From NCBI GenBank assembly GCA_963805085.1, contig CAWDTA010000003.1, positions 128,001-192,000 of the forward strand: 64,000 bases of DNA, in the 5' to 3' direction. The stretch comes from an uncultured Veillonellaceae bacterium. Lineage in GTDB: Bacteria > Bacillota > Negativicutes > JARBTT01. Numbering within the stretch: position 1 is the stretch's first letter; every line of letters starts with the position of its first letter. Positions 18,256-28,787 of the stretch are shown here, in pieces. The notes under the pieces are model-generated. The model was not told where the DNA came from, ran no database searches, and saw only the letters and a list, made by a program, of their open reading frames with translations. A program made the position numbers and the translations under genes.

Positions 18256-20370
18256 TTATTTTGTAAAATGTTTGGCAATCACTGCCTTGATGGTATCATA
18301 ACCGATTTCCTCTGGGAGTGCTTCTTTGATCGGTCGCAGCAAAGACGTGCCAAGCTCATGGATGACAGCGATAATTTGTTCTTCTTGCTCGGCGGGAATC
18401 AGACGATTCCAATCCACGGTATGCCCTTCTTCGCCAGCTTTAACGAGATGATTTTGAATCGTTAATGGTTTTAAATCTCGTGTTTTGGCAATTTCGTCTA
18501 AGGAGAAACCATCGTTAAACATTTGTAATGTTATTAAGTGTGTCGGTGTTTTATCTGATTTTTTTATGGGGACATCTACAGGGGGTGTCAAAGAACTTGG
18601 TGAGGCTGGGGCATAGTCTTTTAAGGCAGCTAAAAATTTCTCGCCATATTTATCTAGTTTGACTTCACCAACCCCTTTTATTTGGCGCATTTGCGATATT
18701 GTGGTTGGTAGATGTACGGACATGTCGCGTAGTGTACTGTCGGCAAAGATCAGATAAGGTGGAATACCTTCTTGTTCAGCCAGACTTTTGCGTAGTTTGC
18801 GTAAAGCACTAAAGACGTCATCGTCAGCTTCAGCCTTATGGGTTTTGACTATTTTTTGCCATACAGTTGCTTCGTTTTTTAGTACCGCAAAAGCGGTTTC
18901 GGTTAATTGAACCACAGGATATTCACTTTCTGTTAGTGTTAAATACTGCGTGGCGGTAAGTCTTTGGATCAGTGCTTTAATATCATTAACACTACGATTC
19001 GAAAATAGACCATAAGTTGGCAATTGATCAAATTCAAATTGTAATACTTTTTTATTTTTAGAACCTTTGAGAACATCGGCAATCATTGTTACACCAAAGC
19101 GTTCGTGCAAGCGATAGACACAGGAAAAAACTTTTTGGGCATCAATTGTGATATCGACGAGTTCGCTATCATCTTTACAGTTGATACAGTTCGCGCAATT
19201 TTCAGGCGTGGTGGTTTCACCAAAATATTGAATGATATATTGACGGAGACAGTTTGGGGTATGGCAGTAATCGACGATCGATTGCAATTTGCCGAGTTCA
19301 TGCTGTTTGCGCTCTGGATTTTCTACCGATTTGTCAATTAAGAATTTTTGTAGCATGATATCTTGGGAACTAAATAGTAAGATACATTCACCAGGTTCGC
19401 CATCACGACCACTACGACCAGCTTCTTGATAATATGCTTCCATATTCCTTGGCATGTTATAATGAATCACATAGCGGACGTTTGATTTATCGATTCCCAT
19501 ACCAAAAGCATTGGTAGCGACCATGACTTGAATGTTATCATACAGAAAACGTTCTTGTTCATTTGACCGTTCATCATCGCGAAGTCCTGCGTGATAATGG
19601 CCTGCTTGATAGCCTTTGTTTACGAGTGTTTCATATAAGGAGTCTACTTCTTTACGGGTAGAAGCATAGATAATACCCGCTTGATCTGCGTGATCTTTGA
19701 TATAATTTAAGACGAATTTCTGCTTGTTTTCACCACGAAGAATGCTAAAATATAAATTTGGACGGTCAAAGCCAGTAACATAACTATTGGGATGGTAAAG
19801 ACCGAGTAAGGTGATGATATCGCTTTTTACCTCTGGTGTTGCTGTAGCGGTAAAAACGCCAATCAGTGGCCGCTTTGGCAGTGAATTGATAAAGGGATAG
19901 ATTGCTTGGTAGCTTGGTCTAAAATCATGGCCCCATTGAGACAAGCAATGCGCTTCATCAATTGCAACCATGCTAACCGTCGTTTTTGCTAAAATAGCTT
20001 GAAACGTGTCCGTAGATAAACGTTCTGGTGCAACATAGATGAGCTTATAACGATTGTCACCGATATCGTAAAGGCGGCGACTTAATTCCGCGGCCGTGAG
20101 AGAACTATTGATATACGTGGAGGGAATGCCCTGATTGACTAAGGCATCTACTTGGTCTTTCATTAAAGAAATGAGTGGTGAAATAACGAGTGTAATGCCA
20201 GGAAAGAGCAGGGCAGGAATTTGAAAACAAACCGATTTTCCGGCACCTGTTGGCATAATGGCAACGGTGTCATTGCCTTCGAGTAAGCTGGAGATGATTT
20301 CTTTTTGTCCCGGGCGAAATTCATCGTAGCCGTAGAAACGTTTTAAGAGCTGGAGTGCTTTATCTAACAT
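18256..20370 (-). CDS. recQ: ATP-dependent DNA helicase RecQ (RQC, HRDC, C-terminal HTH)
   Basis: MPTGAGKS, DEAHCLSQWGHDFRP, ATNAFGMGIDK and YYQEAGRSGRDG motifs. Confidence 0.96.
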   Translation of the reverse strand: MLDKALQLLKRFYGYDEFRPGQKEIISSLLEGNDTVAIMPTGAGKSVCFQIPALLFPGITLVISPLISLMKDQVDALVNQGIPSTYINSSLTAAELSRRLYDIGDNRYKLIYVAPERLSTDTFQAILAKTTVSMVAIDEAHCLSQWGHDFRPSYQAIYPFINSLPKRPLIGVFTATATPEVKSDIITLLGLYHPNSYVTGFDRPNLYFSILRGENKQKFVLNYIKDHADQAGIIYASTRKEVDSLYETLVNKGYQAGHYHAGLRDDERSNEQERFLYDNIQVMVATNAFGMGIDKSNVRYVIHYNMPRNMEAYYQEAGRSGRDGEPGECILLFSSQDIMLQKFLIDKSVENPERKQHELGKLQSIVDYCHTPNCLRQYIIQYFGETTTPENCANCINCKDDSELVDITIDAQKVFSCVYRLHERFGVTMIADVLKGSKNKKVLQFEFDQLPTYGLFSNRSVNDIKALIQRLTATQYLTLTESEYPVVQLTETAFAVLKNEATVWQKIVKTHKAEADDDVFSALRKLRKSLAEQEGIPPYLIFADSTLRDMSVHLPTTISQMRQIKGVGEVKLDKYGEKFLAALKDYAPASPSSLTPPVDVPIKKSDKTPTHLITLQMFNDGFSLDEIAKTRDLKPLTIQNHLVKAGEEGHTVDWNRLIPAEQEEQIIAVIHELGTSLLRPIKEALPEEIGYDTIKAVIAKHFTK

Positions 20371-20664
20371 TGTTTTTATAAACCTACCTTTATTTTGAAT
20401 CGCGCATATTTATTATATTACTTTTTACGTTTGATTTACTTATTTCAACAAAAATAGGGTAGATACCTTTATATTTTTAGTTTTCTATTTGGTAGTTACA
20501 GTGTAAAATAAGTACTGTTAGCAATCCTTGTAAAATAAATTACTGAATTGAGGGCTTTGGGTGTTACCAGATAAAACCTTATATAAACAAAGTGTTTTCA
20601 AAGAAATCAACTTTACAATGAAGTAGTCAATCTATTGTAGAAAGAACAAAGGAGTGTGCGCTAG

Positions 20665-21936
20665 ATGAAAAAGGAATGCTTAATTAAAATGATGGCAATC
20701 ATGACAGGTTGTTTATTATTTAATGCGACGGTTGGGTATTGTGCAGATTTATCGCTAGATCAAGCGGTTGATATGGCGCTTAGCAATAATTACGATATCA
20801 AAATTGCCCAGAAAGATAAAGAAACAGCGGATGCGGAATTAGAAGAAGCAAAGGGAGCAAACCGCCTCTCTCTAACCGCAAGCAGCAGCTTAGGAATCTC
20901 AGATACAAACAATCTGGGGACTTCTCGTTCCAACAGCAATGAAATATCTATGAGTATGCCACTTTATACTGGTGGCAAAAACGAGCTCAAAATCGATAGG
21001 GCGAAAGATGAAATTACGGCAAAAGAATTGAATTTTGCACGCACCAAGGAAACTACGGTGTTATCGACCATCTCAGATTATTATGATATTCTCGAAGCGC
21101 AAAAAGTGGTTGCTGTTGATAAGGAAACAGTGGACAATTATCAAGATCATTTAAACAATGTACATCAATTATATGCGGCAGGAAGCATTGCGAAATCTGA
21201 TGTACTCAGCACGGAAGTGCAGCTGGTGGATGCGCAGCAAACATTGGTAAAAGATCAAAATACGTATGATGTTGCGGTAAGTACCTTGAAAAATATAATC
21301 AAACTTAAAGATGAAGCGCCTTTAAATTTAGTGGATGATGCACAATATCAAACATTTGATGAGGCTTTACTTGATTGTATTAAGTATGCAAAAGAAAATC
21401 GTAAAGATTTGAGGCAATATCAAGTCCTTATCGCGCAGGCGGAAAAAGATGTTGGAATTGCTAAAAGTGGCAAGAAACCAACAGTCAATTTATCTGTTAG
21501 TAACAGTTGGGATAAGCAGGTATTGCCAAGTGATGACAATCATTCATTAACTGCGGGCGTTTCGGCAAGCTGGAATCTATTTGATAGCAATGTAACGAAT
21601 TCTAGTATAAAACAAGCTGAAATTGCAGTGGAACAAGCGAAATTGAATTTTGATAAAGAAGCGGACTCGATTGAATTAGATGTTCGTACAAATTATTTAG
21701 GCATGCGAGAAGCAGAAAAACGTTTTAATAGTACACAAGTAGCAATCAATAAAGCCGAAGAAGATTATTTCATTGCTAAAGAAAAATATAGAGCAGGCGA
21801 AGGGCTTATGCTTGACATTATTGATGCCCAACTAGCCTTAACGACTGCAAAAACAAATTATATTAAAGCACAATATGATTATGCAACTTATAAGGCCAAA
21901 TTAGAAAATGTAATGGGCATAAGTAAAGGAGAATAA
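20665..21936 (+). CDS. TolC-family outer membrane efflux protein
   Basis: Signal peptide, two OEP repeats (PLYTGG / WNLFDS); first gene of a tripartite efflux operon. Confidence 0.88.
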   Translation: MKKECLIKMMAIMTGCLLFNATVGYCADLSLDQAVDMALSNNYDIKIAQKDKETADAELEEAKGANRLSLTASSSLGISDTNNLGTSRSNSNEISMSMPLYTGGKNELKIDRAKDEITAKELNFARTKETTVLSTISDYYDILEAQKVVAVDKETVDNYQDHLNNVHQLYAAGSIAKSDVLSTEVQLVDAQQTLVKDQNTYDVAVSTLKNIIKLKDEAPLNLVDDAQYQTFDEALLDCIKYAKENRKDLRQYQVLIAQAEKDVGIAKSGKKPTVNLSVSNSWDKQVLPSDDNHSLTAGVSASWNLFDSNVTNSSIKQAEIAVEQAKLNFDKEADSIELDVRTNYLGMREAEKRFNSTQVAINKAEEDYFIAKEKYRAGEGLMLDIIDAQLALTTAKTNYIKAQYDYATYKAKLENVMGISKGE

Positions 21937-21938
21937 GT

Positions 21939-23036
21939 ATGCAAGCAAAAAAAATAAAATGGATCATCGTTTTTGTAGTAATTGCGGCATGTATTGGTGG
22001 CGGTGGTTATTACTACTATAATACTAAAAAAGTAGCATCCACTGCGGTTACGCAGACTGCGATAGTTGAACGTGGTAAAATTACCTCATCGGTATCAGCA
22101 AGTGGTACGATTAAACCAGTGAATTCAGTAGAAATCAGTTCTAAAGTTACTGCTCGTTTAAAACAAGTAATGTTCAAACAAAATGACATAGTAAAAGCAG
22201 GACAAACGGTAGCGACTTTAGATAGTACGACTCTGCAGACAACCCTTGATCAATCAAAATATAAAGTAACAAATACAGAAGCAAAATATAAAAGGCTTCA
22301 ATATTTAAATTCTATTGGTGCCAAATCTGACTCTGATTTAGAAGATGCATTACTAAACTATCAAACGGCAATTTCCACTTGTGAAGGGGATCAAGCTAAT
22401 GTAAATGATACGATTATTGTTTCACCAATGGATGGTGTTGTTATCGGTGAGCCTAAAACAGTTGGAACCATGGTTACTGCTGGTGTAACTTCACCAACGG
22501 TTATCATGACGGTTGCTGATATGTCGAACAAACAAATTAATGCTAAAGTCGATGAAACTGATATTGGTAAAGTAAAAGTTGGTCAAAAAGCAACTTTTAC
22601 AGTTGATGCATATTCAGGTAAAACTTTTACAGCAACAGTATCTAACATTTCACAAACAGACGTAGGCAGTACTTGGTCGGACAGCACATCTACTACAACG
22701 GTTATTTATTATAGTGTAACCCTTGATATTGATGATCCGGAAAACCTGCTAAAACCAGCGATGACGGCTCGGGTAAATATCAATATTGCCGAAAAAAATG
22801 ACGCTCTTATGGTTCCTCTTTCGGCTTTGAAAACGAATAATGGCGGTCAATATGTTGTAGTTGTAAATCCAGACGGTAAAACTGAAAATAGAAATGTGAC
22901 AGTTGGCTTGTCTAGTGATGATAAGGTAGAAATTATCGATGGTCTTTCTGAAGGCGATAAATTGTCTATTTCTTATACAAAGTCAACTTCTAGTAGTTTA
23001 TCATCAAAACAACAGGGTGGTCCACCACCAATGTAG
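21939..23036 (+). CDS. Membrane fusion protein (MacA-like periplasmic adaptor)
   Basis: N-terminal TM; [28 protein letters not shown] and LKPAMTA motifs. Confidence 0.9.
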   Translation: MQAKKIKWIIVFVVIAACIGGGGYYYYNTKKVASTAVTQTAIVERGKITSSVSASGTIKPVNSVEISSKVTARLKQVMFKQNDIVKAGQTVATLDSTTLQTTLDQSKYKVTNTEAKYKRLQYLNSIGAKSDSDLEDALLNYQTAISTCEGDQANVNDTIIVSPMDGVVIGEPKTVGTMVTAGVTSPTVIMTVADMSNKQINAKVDETDIGKVKVGQKATFTVDAYSGKTFTATVSNISQTDVGSTWSDSTSTTTVIYYSVTLDIDDPENLLKPAMTARVNINIAEKNDALMVPLSALKTNNGGQYVVVVNPDGKTENRNVTVGLSSDDKVEIIDGLSEGDKLSISYTKSTSSSLSSKQQGGPPPM

Positions 23037-23052
23037 AAAGGAGAATATAGTA

Positions 23053-23760
23053 ATGACAATTCGTCTTTCTAATATTAAAAAGATCTATCACATCGGCGAT
23101 TCAACCGTAGCGGCATTGGATGGTTTGGATTTGCATATTAAAAAAGGGCAGTTTGCTGCCATTATGGGGCCGTCTGGCTCGGGTAAATCAACCTTGATGA
23201 ATATCTTAGGGTGTTTGGATCGACCAACCATTGGTTCCTATATCCTCGATGGCGAAGAAGTTGCACAGCTAAGTGATGATAATCTAGCGATTACACGCAA
23301 TAAAAAAATTGGCTTCGTATTTCAAAACTTTAACTTATTATCGAGAATTACGGCCTTAGAAAATGTAGCGTTACCACTGACCTATGCGGGAGTAAATAAA
23401 AAGACAAGAATAGAAAGAGCGACGGCACTACTCTCGGCTGTAGGGCTAGAGAGTAGAAAGGATCATTTGCCGAACGAACTATCAGGTGGTCAACGGCAGA
23501 GAGTTGCCATTGCTCGTGCACTGGTGAATGATCCAAGAATTATTATGGCCGATGAACCGACCGGTAATCTTGATACGAAATCAAGCATTGAGATTATGGG
23601 GTTATTTCAACAATTGCATAAAGAAGGAAAGACAATTATTCTTGTAACCCATGAACCAGATATCGCAGTGTATGCCGAGCGTCAATTGATGGTACGCGAC
23701 GGAAAGTTAGTACGCGATACGATGGGTGGCGAGCCAGAGGAGGTCGTAGAAAATGTTTAG
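23053..23760 (+). CDS. MacB/LolD-type ABC ATPase
   Basis: [24 protein letters not shown] and ADEPTGNLD motifs; AAGGAG RBS before ATG 23053. Confidence 0.93.
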   Translation: MTIRLSNIKKIYHIGDSTVAALDGLDLHIKKGQFAAIMGPSGSGKSTLMNILGCLDRPTIGSYILDGEEVAQLSDDNLAITRNKKIGFVFQNFNLLSRITALENVALPLTYAGVNKKTRIERATALLSAVGLESRKDHLPNELSGGQRQRVAIARALVNDPRIIMADEPTGNLDTKSSIEIMGLFQQLHKEGKTIILVTHEPDIAVYAERQLMVRDGKLVRDTMGGEPEEVVENV

Positions 23761-24970
23761 AGAGAGTGTTAATATCGCTTTATCGGCATTGGTCTCCAAT
23801 AAAATGAGGTCTATTTTGACGATGCTTGGTATTATCATTGGCGTTGGAGCAGTAATTGCTATGGTTTCAATTGGAATGGGTGTACGTGATCAAGTACAGA
23901 CTTCCATTTCAAGTCTTGGTAGCAATATGCTGATTGTGTCACCTAGTTCTGCTTCTACTAAAGGAGGGCTGCGCTCCAAGGCTGGTACTAATATTACGCT
24001 GAAGTTAAGTGATGCAGAGGCAATTAAAGAAGATATCAAAAATATTGATTATGTATCACCAACAGTAAATAGTCAATATCAAGTAGTTTTTGGCAATCAA
24101 AACTGGAATACGGGTGTTTATGGTGTAACACCGGAATATATGGCGATTCGTACATTAAGTGTTGGCAGTGGTGTTTTTATTACGACCCAGGATATGAATT
24201 CTCGTAATCGTGTGGCCGTTATTGGATCTACTGTTGCGGTAAATTTATTTAACGAAGCCAATCCAATCGGAAAAAATATTCGTATTAATAACACGCCTTA
24301 TCAAGTTATCGGTGTACTTGATAGTAAAGGTCAATCTACCATGGGGCAAGATCAGGATGACGTGGTGATTATTCCTTTAACAACGGCGCAGGAAAGATTA
24401 ATTGGTGTTACCTATGTGCAATCAATTAATGTGCAGGTATCAACTGCTGAGGCAATGGATCAGGTTCAAGATGAAATTACAACGCTATTGCGTCAGCGTC
24501 ATAAAATTACTGGTACTAAAGAAGATGATTTTAATGTGCGTAATTTAACGAGTGTCATGGAAATGATGACACAAACAACGACGATGATTACTTTGTTACT
24601 TGGTAGTATTGCGGCGATTTCCCTATTGGTTGGCGGTATCGGTATTATGAATATTATGATGGTATCGGTTACCGAACGTACCCGTGAAATTGGCATTCGC
24701 AAAGCCTTAGGTGCGACCTATAATAACATTATGATGCAATTTTTAATTGAGTCCATTGTTATTGGGGTTATTGGTGGTTTCATTGGGATTATACTTGGTT
24801 GTGTTGCTGCAATTCTTATCGCTAAATTTGGTGGGTTCAATACGGTAATAACTGCCGCGCCAATTATAGTATCATTCGGTTTCTCTGTAGGGATTGGTTT
24901 GTTCTTTGGTATCTATCCTGCAAGAAAAGCAGCACTGTTAGATCCTATCGATGCATTACGGTATGAATAA
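23753..24970 (+). CDS. MacB-type ABC permease
   Basis: [40 protein letters not shown] and [15 protein letters not shown] motifs. Confidence 0.93.
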   Translation: MFRESVNIALSALVSNKMRSILTMLGIIIGVGAVIAMVSIGMGVRDQVQTSISSLGSNMLIVSPSSASTKGGLRSKAGTNITLKLSDAEAIKEDIKNIDYVSPTVNSQYQVVFGNQNWNTGVYGVTPEYMAIRTLSVGSGVFITTQDMNSRNRVAVIGSTVAVNLFNEANPIGKNIRINNTPYQVIGVLDSKGQSTMGQDQDDVVIIPLTTAQERLIGVTYVQSINVQVSTAEAMDQVQDEITTLLRQRHKITGTKEDDFNVRNLTSVMEMMTQTTTMITLLLGSIAAISLLVGGIGIMNIMMVSVTERTREIGIRKALGATYNNIMMQFLIESIVIGVIGGFIGIILGCVAAILIAKFGGFNTVITAAPIIVSFGFSVGIGLFFGIYPARKAALLDPIDALRYE

Positions 24971-25005
24971 ATTTAGATAAAATAAGGGGCTGTCGCATTA
25001 AGAGT

Positions 25006-25032
25006 TGAACTGCAGCCTGTCAAGTAGACAAA
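25006..25032. mobile_element. Isolated IS3-family-like terminal inverted repeat
   Basis: TGAACTGCAGCCTGTCAAGTAGACA resembles Firmicute IS3/IS150 ends (TGAACTGCACCC...AGACA). No transposase follows it. Confidence 0.5.
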
Positions 25033-25264
25033 ATAATAAAAAGTTTTTGGAAAGGTCAAGAAAAAATAGACATAAAGGGTAGCCCATATAATTTTGTGTA
25101 AATTGATTTTCCAAACAAATAAGATTTATAAGATAATGTATAGTCTGTAACTAAAAAACATAGCTCTAAAATACCGAGGCCACTGAAAAACTTACGTTTT
25201 TCGGCAAGCGTAGATTTAAACCGTGTACTTTTTTGAAAAAATCAAATAAATTGCTAAAAAGACG

Positions 25265-25860
25265 GGCTCTTTGTCAATAGTTGTGGTTTCAACTTTTCGG
25301 TAGGATTTATCCTACCGAAATTTTATGTACAAATCTCTGTATTAAATCGCTTAGTCCTGCGTTGACATCTCTGTGGATTATTTAATAAATAAATGATTCT
25401 TCTTTTGGAATTATCTAAGTTTCTAAAACTATAACAAATTCGCTTTAAATTCTTTATCGTTGTATTACATCCCTCAGTAAGTCCATTGCTATAACCCGTT
25501 GCAATACTATGGATTATTTCCTTTTTCCAAGTAATAGTCGTCTTTAAAACTCGTTTAAATGATGGCAGGTTTTGTTTTTCTACCGTTAGTTGAACTAGTT
25601 TTAATAGTTTTATAAATTCGTTACTGTCCTTGCTATCCATTAAGTTAAAATAGGCTTCTTTCATTGCGTATGCTGCTGTAAGGTCATCTGAATAATTCAG
25701 CATAATTTGCAATGCTTCTCTGTCATCATCTTTTTTTAGATTGTTTTCTCTGCATAATAACAGATATCTAGAATGTTTAAAATACTTTCGTTGCTCTGGT
25801 GGCAGTTTTGTCTGCAACTGTTTGCGAACGTCATCTAGAGCGTCGTTTGCCAAACGTGCC
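25265..25860 (-). mobile_element. ISL3-family insertion sequence remnant (right end plus 3' part of the transposase)
   Basis: GGCTCTTTGTCAA terminal repeat at 25265, adjacent to a transposase fragment. The left end is absent. Confidence 0.8.
25323..25853 (-). pseudogene. 5'-truncated ISL3 transposase
   Basis: Only the C-terminal 176 aa remain, including YSNGLTEGCNTTIKNLKRICYSFRN. Confidence 0.82.
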
Positions 25861-26241
25861 TATTTAGCCCCTTAACCAAGTTGGAGTCCTGTCGTCAAAG
25901 ACCCGCGTACCCGAGTAACCCAATGATTACATTTTTTTCAATAATTAATATAAAAAGGTGTATAAATTTTTTTATTTCATTTACAATTTATAAATCATAT
26001 GTTATTATATGACATATAATGATAATTTATTCCTGACGATGCAATTTATGTATTTTGGGGAATAAAAAAGTTTGGTTTGTTACAATTAGGATATTTTTTG
26101 AATTATAAAAGATTTTTATGTTCTTTGTAACAAATGAAAATCTTTGGGGGATAGAAGAAAATCTCTCTTAAGCAAGACTACTTATGCTAGTATAAAAGAT
26201 AGAATATGAAATTTTGAAAAATATAATAGTATAGGTGAATT

Positions 26242-26913
26242 ATGAATAACTACCAAATGTATCAATTATATCTAAAATCAGGATTTTTCAAAAATTATTG
26301 TTATATAATTTTTGATACAGCAACCAATCAAGCAGTTGTTATTGACCCTGCGTGGGATTTGAAATCTATTGAGTCAGTGTTAAGAAAAGTAAATGCAGAT
26401 TTAACTGCAATTCTATTGACTCATTCTCATTTCGATCATGTTAATCTTGTAAATCCGTTAGTGGAAAGATATAATCCCCAAGTAATAATGTCAGTGAGGG
26501 AAATAAATTATTATAAATTCAGATGCAATAATTTAACTTCTGTGGAAAATGGGGATATTTTTAGTGTAGGTAAGACTGATATAAAGTGTCTTTTAACTCC
26601 GGGGCACACGGCAGGAGGTACATGTTTTCTTTTAAAAAATCATCTATTTACTGGAGATACAATATTTACTGAAGGATGTGGAATCTGTACTTCATATGGT
26701 GGAAGTCCAGTAGACATGTTTAATAGTATTCAAATGATAAAGAATACTATATCTTCTGAGATTCTTGTTTATCCGGCGCACTCGTTTGGTATAGAGCCAG
26801 GGCATACTATAGATTATCTTTTCAAACAAAACATTTATTTCCAAATTAATAATCTGGAAAATTTCATAGCATTTAGAATGCGTAAAAATCAAAAAATGTT
26901 TAATTTTAATTAA
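26242..26913 (+). CDS. Metallo-beta-lactamase-fold hydrolase, PksB/BaeB-like
   Basis: NYCYII, IDPAW, THSHFDH, TPGHTAG and FTGDTIF.EGCG motifs; first gene of the trans-AT cluster. Confidence 0.82.
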   Translation: MNNYQMYQLYLKSGFFKNYCYIIFDTATNQAVVIDPAWDLKSIESVLRKVNADLTAILLTHSHFDHVNLVNPLVERYNPQVIMSVREINYYKFRCNNLTSVENGDIFSVGKTDIKCLLTPGHTAGGTCFLLKNHLFTGDTIFTEGCGICTSYGGSPVDMFNSIQMIKNTISSEILVYPAHSFGIEPGHTIDYLFKQNIYFQINNLENFIAFRMRKNQKMFNFN

Positions 26914-27059
26914 TAGATTTTGATTTATAGGTATTAACTTACGAAATAATTTGAATAAAACACTTAGAACAAACTTACCTATTGGTAAGTTTAAGATATT
27001 AATAAGAAAAAACTCCTTAAAAATATTAATTTCGGAGGCGTATTAATATTAAGGGGAGT

Positions 27060-27120
27060 GCAATAACGAGGTGATCTGGAGATTCTTTTGAGTCTTCTGA
27101 TTGCCTCGTTATGCTTTTTT
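27060..27120 (+). terminator. Strong intrinsic terminator inside the cluster, between the MBL and PPTase genes
   Basis: GCAATAACGAGGTGATC...GATTGCCTCGTTATGC followed by T6. Confidence 0.7.
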
Positions 27121-27476
27121 ATGGTTTTATTTTTGAAGAGAGTATATCAAGATATAGATTTATATTACAGAAATTAATGGGCTAGAAAAGGAGGAAGTGT
27201 GTTGGAGATGATAATAAGCAGAGATTATAGTTGATTTAATAAATATAAGTAGGCAGTAATATTAAATTTGAGTTTAAATAATCATTGTATGAATTTATGT
27301 AAAATGATTATTTAATAACTTTTTTCATTAGAAGGAGTGCTTGAATTTCTGCCATTACGAGTTCAATGCAATGGAGTGAGATGACCTTAAATAGTAGGCT
27401 GGTGTCAAACATATTTTTCTTGTTGATCCTATTGATTGGATAGTTCCAAATTTTAATTAGGTTAGGTTGGTGTATA

Positions 27477-28256
27477 GTGATAAATTATTTACCGCAAATA
27501 ATTGTCGATGACTTACTTTTCAAAGAAAAAGAAAATACTTTTAAGGGAGGTATATGCATATGTAATTTTAGCAATTGGTCGCATTACCATGAGGTGATAA
27601 ATTATTTACATCCAAAGGAAAAAGAGTATTATGATCGATTGAATATTGATAATAGAAAGAAAAGCTACCTCATAGGTAGGTATGCAGCAAAGAGAGCTAT
27701 TTCATTTTTTACTGGTGAGAATAATTATGAAAGTATATTAATACAATGGGGAATATTTAATCAACCGGTTGTAATAAATAAAAATTTACATAATACTCAG
27801 ACAAGTATAACTCATTCTGGAAATTATGGAGCAGCAGTTGTATTTCCAGAGAGTTTACCTATTGGGATAGACATAGAGAAAATTGATCCTAGAAAAAATT
27901 TTTTACTTGAAAAACAAATTACTTCAAATGAAGGAGAGTTAATAAATAGTTTTTTATATCCTCATGATACAAAACTTACAATATTATGGACTGTCAAAGA
28001 AGCATTGTCTAAAGTGATTAAAAGTGGTCTAACAGCAACGCTTGATATATTTGAAGTAAACAAAATAGAATTGAAACAAAATTATGTAGTCAATTATTTT
28101 ACGCACTTTTATCAGTATTGTGCAATTTCATTTGAATTAGACGATCGTTATATCTGTTCTATTACATATCCTAAAAATGTAGAATTGTTTATAAACATTG
28201 CAAGTTTGCAAGAACATTTTTGCCGGCTACTCCGTTCAGAAGAAATTAACTTGTAG
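27477..28256 (+). CDS. Sfp-type 4'-phosphopantetheinyl transferase
   Basis: SYLIGRYAAK, SITHSG, GIDIE and WTVKEALSK motifs. Confidence 0.9.
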   Translation: MINYLPQIIVDDLLFKEKENTFKGGICICNFSNWSHYHEVINYLHPKEKEYYDRLNIDNRKKSYLIGRYAAKRAISFFTGENNYESILIQWGIFNQPVVINKNLHNTQTSITHSGNYGAAVVFPESLPIGIDIEKIDPRKNFLLEKQITSNEGELINSFLYPHDTKLTILWTVKEALSKVIKSGLTATLDIFEVNKIELKQNYVVNYFTHFYQYCAISFELDDRYICSITYPKNVELFINIASLQEHFCRLLRSEEINL

Positions 28257-28390
28257 TTTAGATGCTTTAAATAGTACTGAATTTTCAAGTTTATTTTTTT
28301 GCACAGGGTAGTCAAATTATTATCATCTTAAGTTGAAAAATGAGTTGATTATTTCTAGGCCTTGAATAGATCGAAAGGAATGATTTTACC

Positions 28391-28666
28391 ATGGACAAAA
28401 AAATAGTCTTTATGTTTTCAGGACAAGGTTCGCAGTTTTACAATATGGGAAAAAGTCTCTATATTCATGACCAAAAATTTCGGGATACAATTCGCAATTT
28501 AAATGATATTATATATAAATTTATAGGTGTCTCGGTATTAGATGAGCTATATGGTGAAGATAAAAAAAGTAGTGGAAAATGTAAAGAAAGTAAAAGCATT
28601 ATTTTCAAAATATCAAGGAAGAGGCTAATGTTAAATTGGCAGCATGCTTTATCGACAGGGACATAG
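28391..28666 (+). pseudogene. Truncated PksD/BaeD-like acyltransferase/acyl hydrolase (only the first ~60 aa are homologous)
   Basis: VFMFSGQGSQFYNMGK N-terminal motif and a good RBS; the ORF ends before any GHSxG motif. Confidence 0.8.
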
Positions 28667-28787
28667 AAAATCCAACCTTATAGTGAAGCGTACTTTTTTC
28701 AAAGTGTCCTAAAGCTCATAATTGCAATGAAGTGGATTTTTCTCATTACCTCTTAATTTAATATATGGAAAGTGGAGGAAAAAGTTT

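Noticed and set aside
26076-26134. Inverted TTTGTTACAA / TTGTAACAAA pair upstream of the MBL gene
   Set aside because: Could be an operator, but a 10-bp AT-rich match in very AT-rich DNA is not distinguishable from chance.
26242-26913. MBL-fold gene as a beta-lactam resistance gene
   Set aside because: It has no signal peptide, and its glyoxalase II-like motifs and position match the PksB/BaeB cluster hydrolases.
27189-27380. Two tiny ORFs (11-12 codons) after GGAGG/AAGGAG sequences upstream of the PPTase
   Set aside because: Too short and featureless to support; possibly remnants of deleted genes.
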